A stretch of DNA of 64,000 nt from NCBI GenBank assembly GCA_045863235.1, contig BTUM01000001.1:64001-128000 (forward strand). Direction: 5' to 3'. Below, piece by piece: positions 12,886 through 22,379 of this stretch (position 1 is its first letter; each line of letters begins with the position of its first letter). The DNA is from Candidatus Xenobia bacterium. Lineage in GTDB: Bacteria > Vulcanimicrobiota > Xenobia > Xenobiales > QWHO01. Made by a program: the position numbers and the translations under genes. The notes beneath the pieces were generated by a model, which made no database searches, was not told the origin of the DNA, and saw only the letters and a list, made by a program, of their open reading frames with translations.

Positions 12886-12920
12886 AAAGAAGGCCTCCGC
12901 ACGAAGCGGAGGCCTTCTTT
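12886..12920 (+). terminator. Rho-independent terminator after SLH gene 2
   Basis: AAAGAAGGCCTCCGC-ACGAA-GCGGAGGCCTTCTTT. Confidence 0.88.
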
Positions 12921-12930
12921 CATGAGAGGG

Positions 12931-12971
12931 AAAAAAGATGGCCGTCGTTCAACGAACGACGGCCATCTTTT
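12931..12971. terminator. Second, bidirectional-type terminator between convergent genes
   Basis: AAAAAAGATGGCCGTCGTTC-AAC-GAACGACGGCCATCTTTT. Confidence 0.85.
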
Positions 12972-12992
12972 GTGCGCCAAGCCGGTTGAGAA

Positions 12993-13748
12993 TCAGCGAA
13001 TGATGAACTGCTCTTCGGGTCCGGAGAAACCGCCGCCGCTGCCTCCGCTGGCCTCGAGCAAGACCACGTTGACCCGAATTCGGGTGGAGACGGTGGTGCC
13101 GGGAGCCGTGATCTCGGTGCTGGTCTCGACCTTGGAGGCCACCAGACGCCCCTGGCGGTATCCAAAGTTGGTTGTACCAGTGGCGTTGATCTTCTGCTCA
13201 ACTCCCTCTTGCAACTGGATGGTCGTGGATGGGCAGGAAACCTTGATGACGGCCGTGTCATATCCGCTGACGTGCTCGAAGCCGCCCAGCGTATAGGTAT
13301 AATGGAGTGTCACGTCCTTTTTCCCCGCCGGGTTCCCCTCGTTGTCGTAGAGGGGAATCTCCATCTTGCTTTCGCCCGTCCAGTTGTCATTGACTTTCAG
13401 CTGGTTCTCGGGGAAGGCTGGCTGTGAGAAGGGGAACTCGACGCTGGTGCGCACGATATCCCCATTCTTCTTCATGACAATCTGGATCGTCTGGCCCACT
13501 GAGGGCAACGGGGCGGTCTGATTGTCCTTGCTGATGGTGCCTTCTTGAATCGTGACATCCACGGTCATGAGGCCGTCCGGCGAAACGCCTTTAACGGCCT
13601 GAATCATCGTCATCTCGAGCACCGAGCGGCCTGATTCGGGAGGCTTGCCGTCTTCCTTGATCGTCTGCTCGGAGATGACCTCCGTCTTATAACGGAGCGT
13701 CTCTCCTTCAAGCATTTTGTATTCTAGCGTGATGGTCTCACCGACCAT
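12993..13748 (-). CDS. Hypothetical beta-rich protein
   Basis: 251-aa ORF with GGAGG RBS and its own terminator; no recognised motif. Confidence 0.75.
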   Translation of the reverse strand: MVGETITLEYKMLEGETLRYKTEVISEQTIKEDGKPPESGRSVLEMTMIQAVKGVSPDGLMTVDVTIQEGTISKDNQTAPLPSVGQTIQIVMKKNGDIVRTSVEFPFSQPAFPENQLKVNDNWTGESKMEIPLYDNEGNPAGKKDVTLHYTYTLGGFEHVSGYDTAVIKVSCPSTTIQLQEGVEQKINATGTTNFGYRQGRLVASKVETSTEITAPGTTVSTRIRVNVVLLEASGGSGGGFSGPEEQFIIR

Positions 13749-14014
13749 GTCATACCTCCCTTTTGAACGCCCAAATGGCGCAGTTTACCGCAAAGTCGGC
13801 TCTATGTTCTCGTTGCTGCTTCTTTCTCCTTTGAGTCTCTGGCTCACCGGCTCAAGAGGATTCGGTCGCGCACGAGAGTAAACTACTGCCCGGGTTGACC
13901 CTGCGGCAAACTTGCCAGGGCGAAGGCCGCAGCGAAACGCGCGCCGAGCAAGTGGCAGTGAGGTTGACCGGGCCGCGCCGGACGCGGTTAAGAACCTCAC
14001 GAAGACGAGGCTCC

Positions 14015-14611
14015 TTGAGCGATTCCGAAGTTCAACTCGTGGAGAGATGCCTGGCGGGCGAGCAGTCGGCCTGGGAGGAGCTGTACCGAGCCTATCAGGG
14101 TCGGGTGCGCCAGATCATCGGTTGGAAGCGCTGGGGTTTCTCTGCCATCGAGGTGGAGGACGGCGTCCAGGAGGTTTTTCTGGAGCTGATACGGTCACTG
14201 CCACGGTTTCGTGGCGAGGCCACTCTCTCGACCTATCTGACCCGGTTGGCGCGCAATCGTTGCATCTCCCACCTGCGTCGCAAAACAGCTCTGAAGCGTG
14301 GGAAAGAGGAGCTCGGATACGCTCTCGAGGAGCGGCACAGCGACGAGGATACTCCCACGGCGCTGGCCATCGAGGAGGGCATGGGACCTGAAGAGGCACT
14401 GATTTCTAAAGAATCGGCCGGCCACGTGGGCCGGGCGCTGGCAGCACTGGGCGGTGAGTGTCGCGAGATCCTTCGTCTGCGCTACTACCGCCAATTGTCT
14501 TATACTGAGATCTGCGCCTCGCTCGATCTGCCACTGGGAACGGTCTGCTCGCGTCTCAAGCGTTGCCTTGGGAAGCTCAAGAATCTGCTCGAGGAGAAGG
14601 AACGAGTTTGA
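14015..14611 (+). CDS. ECF (group 4) RNA polymerase sigma factor
   Basis: Region 2 (EDGVQEVFL...FRGEATLSTYLTRLARN) and region 4 (LSYTEICASLDLPLGTVCSRL). Likely start TTG 14015 after GAGG. Confidence 0.92.
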   Translation: MSDSEVQLVERCLAGEQSAWEELYRAYQGRVRQIIGWKRWGFSAIEVEDGVQEVFLELIRSLPRFRGEATLSTYLTRLARNRCISHLRRKTALKRGKEELGYALEERHSDEDTPTALAIEEGMGPEEALISKESAGHVGRALAALGGECREILRLRYYRQLSYTEICASLDLPLGTVCSRLKRCLGKLKNLLEEKERV

Positions 14612-14733
14612 GGCTCATGCACTGGTGGTTGAAGCCGTGATGGGGTTGTTTTTCCTGGCGGAGGACGAGATCTTGCCAGCCGGGGAATTTTTTCCTGGCC
14701 GGTTGCGACAGAACTCACAATCAACTTGCTCAG

Positions 14734-16590
14734 GTGACCGACGTGAATTGTGATCGCCCCGACATAGCCGAGAAACTGGTACCGTACGTGGAGGGTGCCC
14801 TGGGGGAGCCCGACCGCACCGAGGTCGCGGGTCACCTTCGACGCTGCGTTGGTTGTCAGGACGACGCTCGCCAGGTAAAAGAGTCAATTTTGACTTTGAA
14901 GGCAGCCGTTCGGACGGGAGTCTGGAAAGAGCCTCGCGAGCACACCTCCAGCGAATGGCTGGCGATGCACTTTGAGGACGAGAGGGCCCGGGAGGCGGGC
15001 TTTCTGCCGTCCTCCGGCCTGACAGAGGAGCAGACTCGCCAGGTGCGGGTGCATCTTGCTGAGTGCCAGGAGTGTCGCGAAGAGCTTGTCATGCTGCGAG
15101 AGCTAGCGTCCGAGTCCATCGTGGAGGCAGCTACGGCCCACCAGCCGCTCCCCCGCGCCCTTCGGCTCGAGATTGAGCGGCTGTATCCCATCCAGAACCA
15201 GACCGAGCGCCCGGTTGCCGAGCGAACGCTAGGCCTGGCTGATCGACTCATGGCCTGGATCAACCCCAAGAGCCTGGTGATGGCCTCTCTTTGCATTGTT
15301 GCGCTCACCTTCAGCTACTCGCTGACGCGGGGAACCGATAGCCCGGAACTGGCCAAGAATCCTACCGCTTCTTCCAGCGAGGTGGCTCTGCTCGATCGCG
15401 AGACCGCTCGCGAGACCGCTCAAATTGCCCCGCCTGACCTGGGGTCGACCACGGCCCAGTCCCAGAAGAAGGAGAAGGATGAGAGCGGACCGCAGAAGGC
15501 ACCTCCCCCCGCAATGAAGACAAGGCCCGATCGCTCTCCCCCCGCCCGCGACGAAAAGCTCGCGGTTGCAGGTGGTCCGCCAGGCGAGAGAGGGGCTGCC
15601 GGGGATTCGACTTCCACCAATGTGGACCGCGCCCGGCCTCAGTCCGCTCAACCCGTTCGCACCGCCTCGACCGCGGCCGCTCCGCGCCCCGCTCCCACCA
15701 CGGCTGGGATCGCGAAGCCCGCTCCCGTGAAGCTGGCTCAGGCTCAGAAGCAGAAGCCTGTCGCGGTGAGGCCAGCCGGCCAGGATCAGGTCCAGAGACC
15801 TGTTGCCGTGGCCGTGAAGCCGGCAGCCGAGCCGGTGGGGGAGCCCACCCCCACTCCCTCCCCCATGGTTGCCATGAATGGGCAGGAAGCTACCAATGCA
15901 CCCGCTGCCGCGGCCAAAGATGAAGGCAAGATCCAGGGCTCGGAGACGGCCGAGCCGGTCGTCGTGGCCGCTGGACCCGTCACGGGTCCGGTTCCCAATG
16001 CCGTGACCGATATGCGCGAAGAGAGCCAGGTCGCCACTCAATCCGAGGGCACCAAACAGGCGGCCCTGCCTCCCGCAGCTGGTGCCCCGGCTATGGGCCG
16101 GGTTTCCGTCCCGGCGGCCTCGACCTCCAGCGCTCCCTCGGCAACCCGCACGAACACGAACAGTGTTCCGGCCTCGAGACGAACCACCGGTGTCGTCAAG
16201 CCGCCCGCCCCCGCAACCGTTCCGGTGCGCTCACTTCCGGATGATAAGGCTGCTGGTTACTCGGTAGCCACCACCGCGCCCAATCAGTCGATTCAGAAGA
16301 CCCCGGCGGACGTTGCCCGTAAGCAAAGCATGAGCCGGAGCGTGGACGGCCTGGCCAGCGAGCAGGTCGCCCTGAGCCGTCAGGCCGCCCTGGGTCCCAA
16401 AGCGCGCTCTGTCGCTCGGCAGATTTCGGCCAATGCTTCGGTGCTGGTGGAAGAGCGCCCGGACGGCTCGGTAACCGTCACCGTCCGCCCGGATCGACCT
16501 TTGAATGCTGAGGAGAAGGACAAACTGCGTCGCCTTCTGCGCAACGAGTTGAATCTGGGCGAGGCCGACACCATCAGCATTCGCCAGTGA
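14734..16590 (+). CDS. Zinc-finger (zf-HC2/ZAS) anti-sigma factor with TM helix and long Pro/Ala-rich extracytoplasmic region
   Basis: Two HxxxCxxC motifs (HLRRCVGC, HLAECQEC), one TM segment, downstream of the ECF sigma gene. Confidence 0.8.
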   Translation: MTDVNCDRPDIAEKLVPYVEGALGEPDRTEVAGHLRRCVGCQDDARQVKESILTLKAAVRTGVWKEPREHTSSEWLAMHFEDERAREAGFLPSSGLTEEQTRQVRVHLAECQECREELVMLRELASESIVEAATAHQPLPRALRLEIERLYPIQNQTERPVAERTLGLADRLMAWINPKSLVMASLCIVALTFSYSLTRGTDSPELAKNPTASSSEVALLDRETARETAQIAPPDLGSTTAQSQKKEKDESGPQKAPPPAMKTRPDRSPPARDEKLAVAGGPPGERGAAGDSTSTNVDRARPQSAQPVRTASTAAAPRPAPTTAGIAKPAPVKLAQAQKQKPVAVRPAGQDQVQRPVAVAVKPAAEPVGEPTPTPSPMVAMNGQEATNAPAAAAKDEGKIQGSETAEPVVVAAGPVTGPVPNAVTDMREESQVATQSEGTKQAALPPAAGAPAMGRVSVPAASTSSAPSATRTNTNSVPASRRTTGVVKPPAPATVPVRSLPDDKAAGYSVATTAPNQSIQKTPADVARKQSMSRSVDGLASEQVALSRQAALGPKARSVARQISANASVLVEERPDGSVTVTVRPDRPLNAEEKDKLRRLLRNELNLGEADTISIRQ

Positions 16591-17504
16591 GCTCCGCACT
16601 GGGCCAGCCCGTGCTGGAAGTAAGCAACCTCACCCGTGCCACCTTTCAGCGCGGCACCAGTATATCGTTTCGGCTCTTTCCGGGAGAAGTCATCGGGATC
16701 ATCGGTCCCAATGACTCAGGGAAGTCCGAGTTGATGCTCGCTCTGGCCGGATTGACTCGGCCCGAAGCCGGGACGATCTTGCTCAGGGGACGTCCGGTTG
16801 GTAAACAAACTCGCCATCGGATCGGCTTCGTGGGTGCTTCGCCTGGCGTCTATGAAGAGTTCAGTTGTGTGGAGTATCTGGAGTTCTTCGCCGAGAGCTT
16901 CAAGCTGGATACTCATTATCGCCCCTACCTGATTCAAGAAGCCTTGCGACTTTGCCGTCTGCAAGCTGCGGCTCACAAGCCCGTGCGCGATTTGAGCTAC
17001 GCCCTGCGGCGTCGTTTGAGCCTGGCCAGGGCGGTTCTGCACAATCCGGCCCTGGTGGTGGTGGACGATTGCTTGACTCGCCTGGAGCGCAATGAAGTAC
17101 GAGAGATGGTTGGGGTGCTCTCCGAGATTCGGGCTCAGGGTAAGGTCTTGGCCCTCAGTTCTCCCCAACTCTCTGAGCTTGCCACCCTCTGCTCGCATCT
17201 GTGCATTCTGGTTACGAATCGCCCCCTGGCTTGCGGCGAGATTCGGTCGCTGATGCAGCAGATTACGAACTACCGGATGATGCAGGTACAGTTTCTGCAA
17301 GGTCTGGCTGAGGCCGTCCGCCACCTGGAGACCTACCCGGGGGTTTTTCACCTGGCGGTTTCCACCCAGACCCATCATCTGGTGCGCTTTTTGTTCAACG
17401 GAGATGACGACGCGTTCCAGAAGCTTTTGGATATGCTCAGTATGAACGGCATTCACGTCGTATCCTACGCTGAGGATCACTCCTTTCTCGGCAAGATGCC
17501 CTGA
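16587..17504 (+). CDS. ABC-type ATP-binding protein with degenerate catalytic motifs
   Basis: Walker A GPNDSGKS, signature LSYAL, Walker B VVVDDC, no H-loop His. Overlaps the anti-sigma stop (GTGA). Confidence 0.8.
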   Translation: MSSALGQPVLEVSNLTRATFQRGTSISFRLFPGEVIGIIGPNDSGKSELMLALAGLTRPEAGTILLRGRPVGKQTRHRIGFVGASPGVYEEFSCVEYLEFFAESFKLDTHYRPYLIQEALRLCRLQAAAHKPVRDLSYALRRRLSLARAVLHNPALVVVDDCLTRLERNEVREMVGVLSEIRAQGKVLALSSPQLSELATLCSHLCILVTNRPLACGEIRSLMQQITNYRMMQVQFLQGLAEAVRHLETYPGVFHLAVSTQTHHLVRFLFNGDDDAFQKLLDMLSMNGIHVVSYAEDHSFLGKMP

Positions 17505-17762
17505 CGGAAGGCACACTGGTGTTCGTTTTTGGGGCCAAAAGTGGGAGGAGATTTCATTATCCTGTTGAAAAGCTTGCGCATTTGGGGGAAGAATGGAGAT
17601 GTCGTTTGTAGTGGTGTCGGTGAGAAGAAGCCCGACACGACGGCAAACGGGCACTCAGAAGGAAGATTTGTTTGGAGTTCGGAAGGAGGTGTCGGGCGAG
17701 CGGCGTAGTGCGTTCCGCTCGGAAGTTTTTGTCAATAATGGGAAAGCGAGGGTAACGTTCCG

Positions 17763-18311
17763 ATGTCTTTGCGTCCGCTAGCGTCTCTGATGCTCCTGTC
17801 GGCGCTGATGACCGGCCTTCTGGTAGGTGGTCAGCCGGCACGCGCTGAGGACGACCTCGGTACGGTCAACAAGATCACAGAGTGGGGTCCTTACCGCTAT
17901 AAGCTGTATCAGTATCCCTCTCGCACCACGAGCTTCTTTGTTTATCCAAGAAGCTACGTGACTTTCGATATTCATAATGCGAAATATTGGATGGTCGAGT
18001 CGGCTCGATTCGACTTCGTCCCTGATGGGATCAATGGATGGGAGACCCTTTTCGGCATTGGCTATCGTTCGCTGCGGCCGGAGAAACTTCACATCTATTT
18101 CTATACCCCGGACATGAAGCTTCTTGGTGAACTCCATGAGTTTCGGTGTGGCCAGACCTACAGTATCCCCCGCGATGGAAACGATTATGAGCGCATCGTG
18201 GTGAAGATTGAGTGTGGCTCCCAGATGAATTGGGATCTCAAGATGCTCGTTTGGGACCCCGTCGATCCGGTGATCGCCGAGCCGATTCCGCAGGATACCT
18301 TCCGCCAGTAA
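17763..18311 (+). CDS. Hypothetical exported protein
   Basis: Sec signal ending ARA, 182 aa, followed by a terminator. Confidence 0.7.
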   Translation: MSLRPLASLMLLSALMTGLLVGGQPARAEDDLGTVNKITEWGPYRYKLYQYPSRTTSFFVYPRSYVTFDIHNAKYWMVESARFDFVPDGINGWETLFGIGYRSLRPEKLHIYFYTPDMKLLGELHEFRCGQTYSIPRDGNDYERIVVKIECGSQMNWDLKMLVWDPVDPVIAEPIPQDTFRQ

Positions 18312-18332
18312 CGGCGACCGTTTCCCGCGTTA

Positions 18333-18371
18333 AGAAAGGCCCGCTTCCAGGTATCTGGAAGGGGGCTTTTT
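18333..18371. terminator. Bidirectional terminator
   Basis: AGAAAGGCCCGCTTCCAG-GTAT-CTGGAAGGGGGCTTTTT between convergent genes. Confidence 0.75.
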
Positions 18372-18398
18372 GTCGTCCATCCCCAACCAATAGCATGC

Positions 18399-19160
18399 TT
18401 ACCGGCGTCGGGCCATCAGGGTCTCATAGACAAAAGGAATGGCTCTTCGGCTGACGACCATTCGAGCTCGGCCTGGCGGCCCAAAAACCAGAGCCTCGAT
18501 TCCCTGGAAGTCGGTTGGCCGAGTGAACCTGGCGCCGAGCTGCCAGCGGGTCTGGGCATCGTAGTGGACCGTCAAACTCCCAATGGTCAGTGTTCCTTCC
18601 AGGAGGGACGAGGGGTTGACCGAGCTGAGGATTCCTTGAGCCAGCAGCGGCCCGTGCTCCATTTCGAACTCGTGAATCACATAGCTCATGGCATCAAAGA
18701 TCGAGCTTGCCAGAAAGCCCTCTCCCGATTGTCCCATTACGGTTATGTTTTCTCCCTCGTGCAACTCGAGCCAGTTGCCTACCTGACCTTCCTTGAAGAG
18801 TACCGAGTCTCTGGGAATGCGGATCCGGACCGGTCCGCCCCGGGTTTCGAGGGTGAGCTCCTTGCGCCCGGGCTGTACCGCTCGAATGCGGCCCGACACT
18901 TGCTCGCGGTCGCTCAGGCTGAGCCAGTTGGCGTTCCCTGTGCCATCCAACCGCAAAATCAGCCTGTCGCCCCGCCGGTAGCGGGCTCGGTCTCCCGTCC
19001 AGACCGCACGAGGACTTACAGGAACGGTCAGGCGCCGACCGTCGACGGCTCGAAGGGTGATCGAGCGCGGCGTGATCGTCAGAGCCACGCCTTCCAACTG
19101 CTCGGCCAGAGCAGCGGCCGTCAGCAGGAGCAGGGTGAGGAGCGAGCAGGCGAGCTTCAG
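18399..19160 (-). CDS. Hypothetical exported protein with repeated small beta (OB-like) modules; probable CTG start overlapping the proA stop
   Basis: An in-frame signal peptide LKLACSLLTLLLLTAAALA lies upstream of the TTG called by the ORF track. Confidence 0.65.
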   Translation of the reverse strand: MKLACSLLTLLLLTAAALAEQLEGVALTITPRSITLRAVDGRRLTVPVSPRAVWTGDRARYRRGDRLILRLDGTGNANWLSLSDREQVSGRIRAVQPGRKELTLETRGGPVRIRIPRDSVLFKEGQVGNWLELHEGENITVMGQSGEGFLASSIFDAMSYVIHEFEMEHGPLLAQGILSSVNPSSLLEGTLTIGSLTVHYDAQTRWQLGARFTRPTDFQGIEALVFGPPGRARMVVSRRAIPFVYETLMARRR

Positions 19161-20410
19161 ACGCGTATCTGGCCGTCGCCGTCGATGAGATACTTGGCGG
19201 TGGTCAGCTCGTTCAGGCCCAGCGGCCCGCGGGCGTGCATCCGCTGGGTCGAAATGCCGATCTCGGCTCCGAAACCGAACTCGCCGCCATCCGTGAAACG
19301 GGTGGAGGCGTTCACGTAGACCGCGCAGGCATCCACCTCTCGCTGAAAGCGGCGAGCCGCCTCCAGGCTGGTGGTGACGATCGCTTCGGAATGGGAGGTT
19401 CCGTGCCGGGCTATGTGCTCGATGGCCTGGTCGAGCCCGTCCACGACGCGTACTGCCAGGATGAGGTCGAGATACTCGGTATCCCAGTCGCGTTCGTCGG
19501 CTGAGCTGGCCTCCGGGAGCAACTGGCAGGTGAGCGGGCAGCCGCGCAACTCGACGTTCTTGGCCCTGAGCCGTTCGTCTACCCGGGGGAGGAAGCGCTC
19601 GGCCAAAGCCCGGTGCACCAGCAGGGTTTCCAGGGCGTTACAGACAGCCGGCCGGGAGGTCTTGCCGTTGTCGAGAATGGCCAGGGCCATTTCCTGATCC
19701 GCATCATCGTGAACATAGAGGTGGCAGTTCCCCACGCCGGTTTCGATGACGGGTACGGTGGCCGTCGAGATCACCCGCTGGATCAGCTCGTGACCGCCGC
19801 GCGGGATGATGCAGTCGACCAGGCCCGTCATGGTGGCCAATTCATCCACCGACTCGCGACCAGCTTCGGCCACTCCCTGAATCGCCTCCGCAGGCAACCC
19901 GACCTCGCGCAGGGCCTGCTGGAGGAGGTCCACCAGGACCTGGTTGGAGTGACGGGCCGAAGACGAGCCGCGCAGCAAGCAGGCGTTGCCTGCCTTGAAA
20001 GCCAGGCTGCTGGCCTCCACGGTTACATTGGGTCGAGCTTCATAGATCATGGCCAGCACACCCAGGGGCACCCGCATGCGTCGAATTTGCAGGCCATTGG
20101 GGCGGGTCCACCCTTCCATCAAGCCGATCGGGTCGGCCAGTCGCATCACCTCTTCGGTGCCGGCGGCCATCGATTCGATGCGCTGGGGGGTGAGGCGCAG
20201 CCGGTCCATCAAGGCGGTGCTCATGCCCTGTTGCCTGCCCGTCTCGAGATCCCGCTGATTGGCCGATAGAATGATCTCCTGAGAAGCTCGTAGCTGGCCG
20301 GCCATGGCGGCCAGGGCAGCGTTCTTTTGTCCGGTGCTCAGGATGGCCAGTTGACGTGCGACAACTCTGGCTCTCATGGCCCGCTCTCGGACCGGGCTGA
20401 GCTTCAGCAT
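19157..20410 (-). CDS. proA: Gamma-glutamyl phosphate reductase
   Basis: PLGVLAMIYEARPNVT, VCNALETLLVH, NASTRFTDGGEFGFGAEIGISTQRMHARGP. Confidence 0.98.
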   Translation of the reverse strand: MLKLSPVRERAMRARVVARQLAILSTGQKNAALAAMAGQLRASQEIILSANQRDLETGRQQGMSTALMDRLRLTPQRIESMAAGTEEVMRLADPIGLMEGWTRPNGLQIRRMRVPLGVLAMIYEARPNVTVEASSLAFKAGNACLLRGSSSARHSNQVLVDLLQQALREVGLPAEAIQGVAEAGRESVDELATMTGLVDCIIPRGGHELIQRVISTATVPVIETGVGNCHLYVHDDADQEMALAILDNGKTSRPAVCNALETLLVHRALAERFLPRVDERLRAKNVELRGCPLTCQLLPEASSADERDWDTEYLDLILAVRVVDGLDQAIEHIARHGTSHSEAIVTTSLEAARRFQREVDACAVYVNASTRFTDGGEFGFGAEIGISTQRMHARGPLGLNELTTAKYLIDGDGQIRV

Positions 20411-21483
20411 GGTTGGGCCTCCTTGGCGCGCGGTTGGCGGTGAATCACGAGATTGTCGCAATGGATGATCTCGGGCGAGCCGCGCTTGCCGGACGATTCT
20501 GCGATCGCGCGCTGGATCTCCTCGCTACTCAAGTTCGTGAGCCCTCGTCCCAACTCGAGCAGATCAGGGCCCACCAGGGTCACAAGCTCGCCGACCTGGA
20601 ACTGGCCCACGACCTCTTTGATGCCCACCGCCAGAAGACTCTTGCCGCGCGAGGTCAGGGCCCGAGCAGCCCCGGCGTCGATGTGGAGCTTTCCTTTGCA
20701 GCTGGCGGCAGCCAGCCAGCGTTTGCGCCCGCCCAGCCGGCCACCCTCCTGCTGAAACAGTGTTCCCAGCTCCTCCCCCCGGGCCAGCCGCAGCAAGACA
20801 TCGTCTTCAGCTGCGGCCGCAATCACCATTCGGGTGCCGAAATCGAGCGCCGCCCGGGCTGCCTCCAGCTTGCTCAACATCCCTCCGGTTCCCCCCGCCG
20901 ACAGGCTGGAGTCGACCAGCCGCACCACCTCGTCAATGCGCTCGACTCGCCTGACGACCTCGCCATCGGGGCCCAGCAGGCCTCGAGTCTGAGTCAGGTT
21001 GACGACCAGGTCAGCGTCCACCAGTCCCCCCACCAGAGCGGCCAGTATGTCGTTGTCGCCGAACTTGATCTCGTCAGTGGCCACCGAGTCGTTCTCGTTG
21101 ATGATTGGTAGAACCCCGGCCCGCAACAGAGCTTGCAGGGTGTTGCGGGCGTTGAGGTAGCGCTCGCGCGCGTTGAGGTCGTCGCGGGTGAGCAGAACCT
21201 GGGCCACGGGGATGTTCAACAACTCGAAGAGGCGTTTGTACATGTGCATGAGCTCGACCTGGCCCAGGGCGGCCAGGGCCTGCTTCTGGGCCATGGTTTC
21301 CTCGCCTCGCGGCTTGAAGCTGGCCCGTCCCAGCCCAACCGCCCCCGAACTGACCAGGATGACCTCGCAACCTTGAGCCCGCAGAGTAGAGATCTGGCGC
21401 GCCAGCGGCATGAGCACGTCCCCGTTGGCGTAGCCATCGGAATGCAGCACGACCCGGGTGCCCACTTTGACCACCATCCGCAT
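20404..21483 (-). CDS. proB: Glutamate 5-kinase (with PUA domain)
   Basis: VVKVGT, VSSGAV, PIINENDSV, FGDND, GTGGM.SK. Confidence 0.98.
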   Translation of the reverse strand: MRMVVKVGTRVVLHSDGYANGDVLMPLARQISTLRAQGCEVILVSSGAVGLGRASFKPRGEETMAQKQALAALGQVELMHMYKRLFELLNIPVAQVLLTRDDLNARERYLNARNTLQALLRAGVLPIINENDSVATDEIKFGDNDILAALVGGLVDADLVVNLTQTRGLLGPDGEVVRRVERIDEVVRLVDSSLSAGGTGGMLSKLEAARAALDFGTRMVIAAAAEDDVLLRLARGEELGTLFQQEGGRLGGRKRWLAAASCKGKLHIDAGAARALTSRGKSLLAVGIKEVVGQFQVGELVTLVGPDLLELGRGLTNLSSEEIQRAIAESSGKRGSPEIIHCDNLVIHRQPRAKEAQPC

Positions 21484-21542
21484 CGGAGCACACTTCGACC
21501 CGGTCAAGCAGGGCACCCTTTCAGGCTGTGTAAACTCACCCG

Positions 21543-22262
21543 ATGAGCCCGCGCGAGCTTTTCACCCTGCTTGGAGTAGGGATTGAGAACAGTCTCTACA
21601 ATGCGCGGCTCAATCTGCGCGAAGCGGCCCTGCTGGGTCGGTGCGCCTGGTGGTGGCGCCTCAAAAGCGGACTCAACCTCAGCTATCTGCTCGATCCGCC
21701 TTTCATGGTCTGCCGGCGGGAGCTGAAGGCCTCCGGCTTGCCTCAAAGTGACGTGACTTTTGGTGAGACGCCGCTCCTGACCGCCTACCGGCTGCTGAGC
21801 GAGCTCTCCGTCGGGCCCTCCGATACCGTGGTGGACCTGGGGTGCGGGCGGGGACAGACCCTGTTGCTGGCTGCCCTGGCCTTCCGGGCCCGGGGTGTTG
21901 GCCTGGAAGTCTTGCCCACCTTCGTGGGGCGGGCCCGCTGGCTGGCACATTCGCTGGCAGTCGAAGACCAGGTGAGCTTTGAGCAGCGTGATTTTCGCTC
22001 CGGTCCTTTGCCCGAGGGAACGCTCTACTTTCTGTCCGCCACCTGTCTTGAGAATGAGTCATGGAGACAGGTTCAGTCCACCATGGTGGAGGCCCCGGCC
22101 GGGGCGCGCGCCCTGGTGGTCTCAAGTCCACTCCCGAGGTTGTGCTGGGAAACGGAGTGGGTCAGGCCGGTGGAATATAGCTGGGGGGTTGCCCAGACCT
22201 ATCTGCAACGGAGACTGGGACCCCCGCCGTTAAAGAGCCGCAAGAGAAGACCAAGGGACTAG
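21543..22262 (+). CDS. Class I SAM-dependent methyltransferase (DOT1-like motifs)
   Basis: TFGET and VDLGCGRG motifs, GLE acidic strand end. Confidence 0.8.
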   Translation: MSPRELFTLLGVGIENSLYNARLNLREAALLGRCAWWWRLKSGLNLSYLLDPPFMVCRRELKASGLPQSDVTFGETPLLTAYRLLSELSVGPSDTVVDLGCGRGQTLLLAALAFRARGVGLEVLPTFVGRARWLAHSLAVEDQVSFEQRDFRSGPLPEGTLYFLSATCLENESWRQVQSTMVEAPAGARALVVSSPLPRLCWETEWVRPVEYSWGVAQTYLQRRLGPPPLKSRKRRPRD

Positions 22263-22270
22263 GAACGCAA

Positions 22271-22310
22271 CCGCCTACAGCCACAGGGGGGGGGTTGCGG
22301 CCGGACTTCT
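22271..22310 (+). repeat. Short copy related to the hairpin unit at 55500-55581
   Basis: CCGCCTACA..CCACAGGGGG..TTGCGGCCGGACTTCT is shared with 55512-55579. Confidence 0.6.
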
Positions 22311-22379
22311 CGATGGCGCAACGGTAGAATCCGCCTGAAAGGTTAAACGCCGGTTCCGGATCGGAAACGGAGACGAGGA

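Noticed and set aside
15397..15420. 12-bp tandem duplication (RETARETA) in the anti-sigma gene
   Set aside because: In-frame micro-duplication within a low-complexity linker; no evidence of function.
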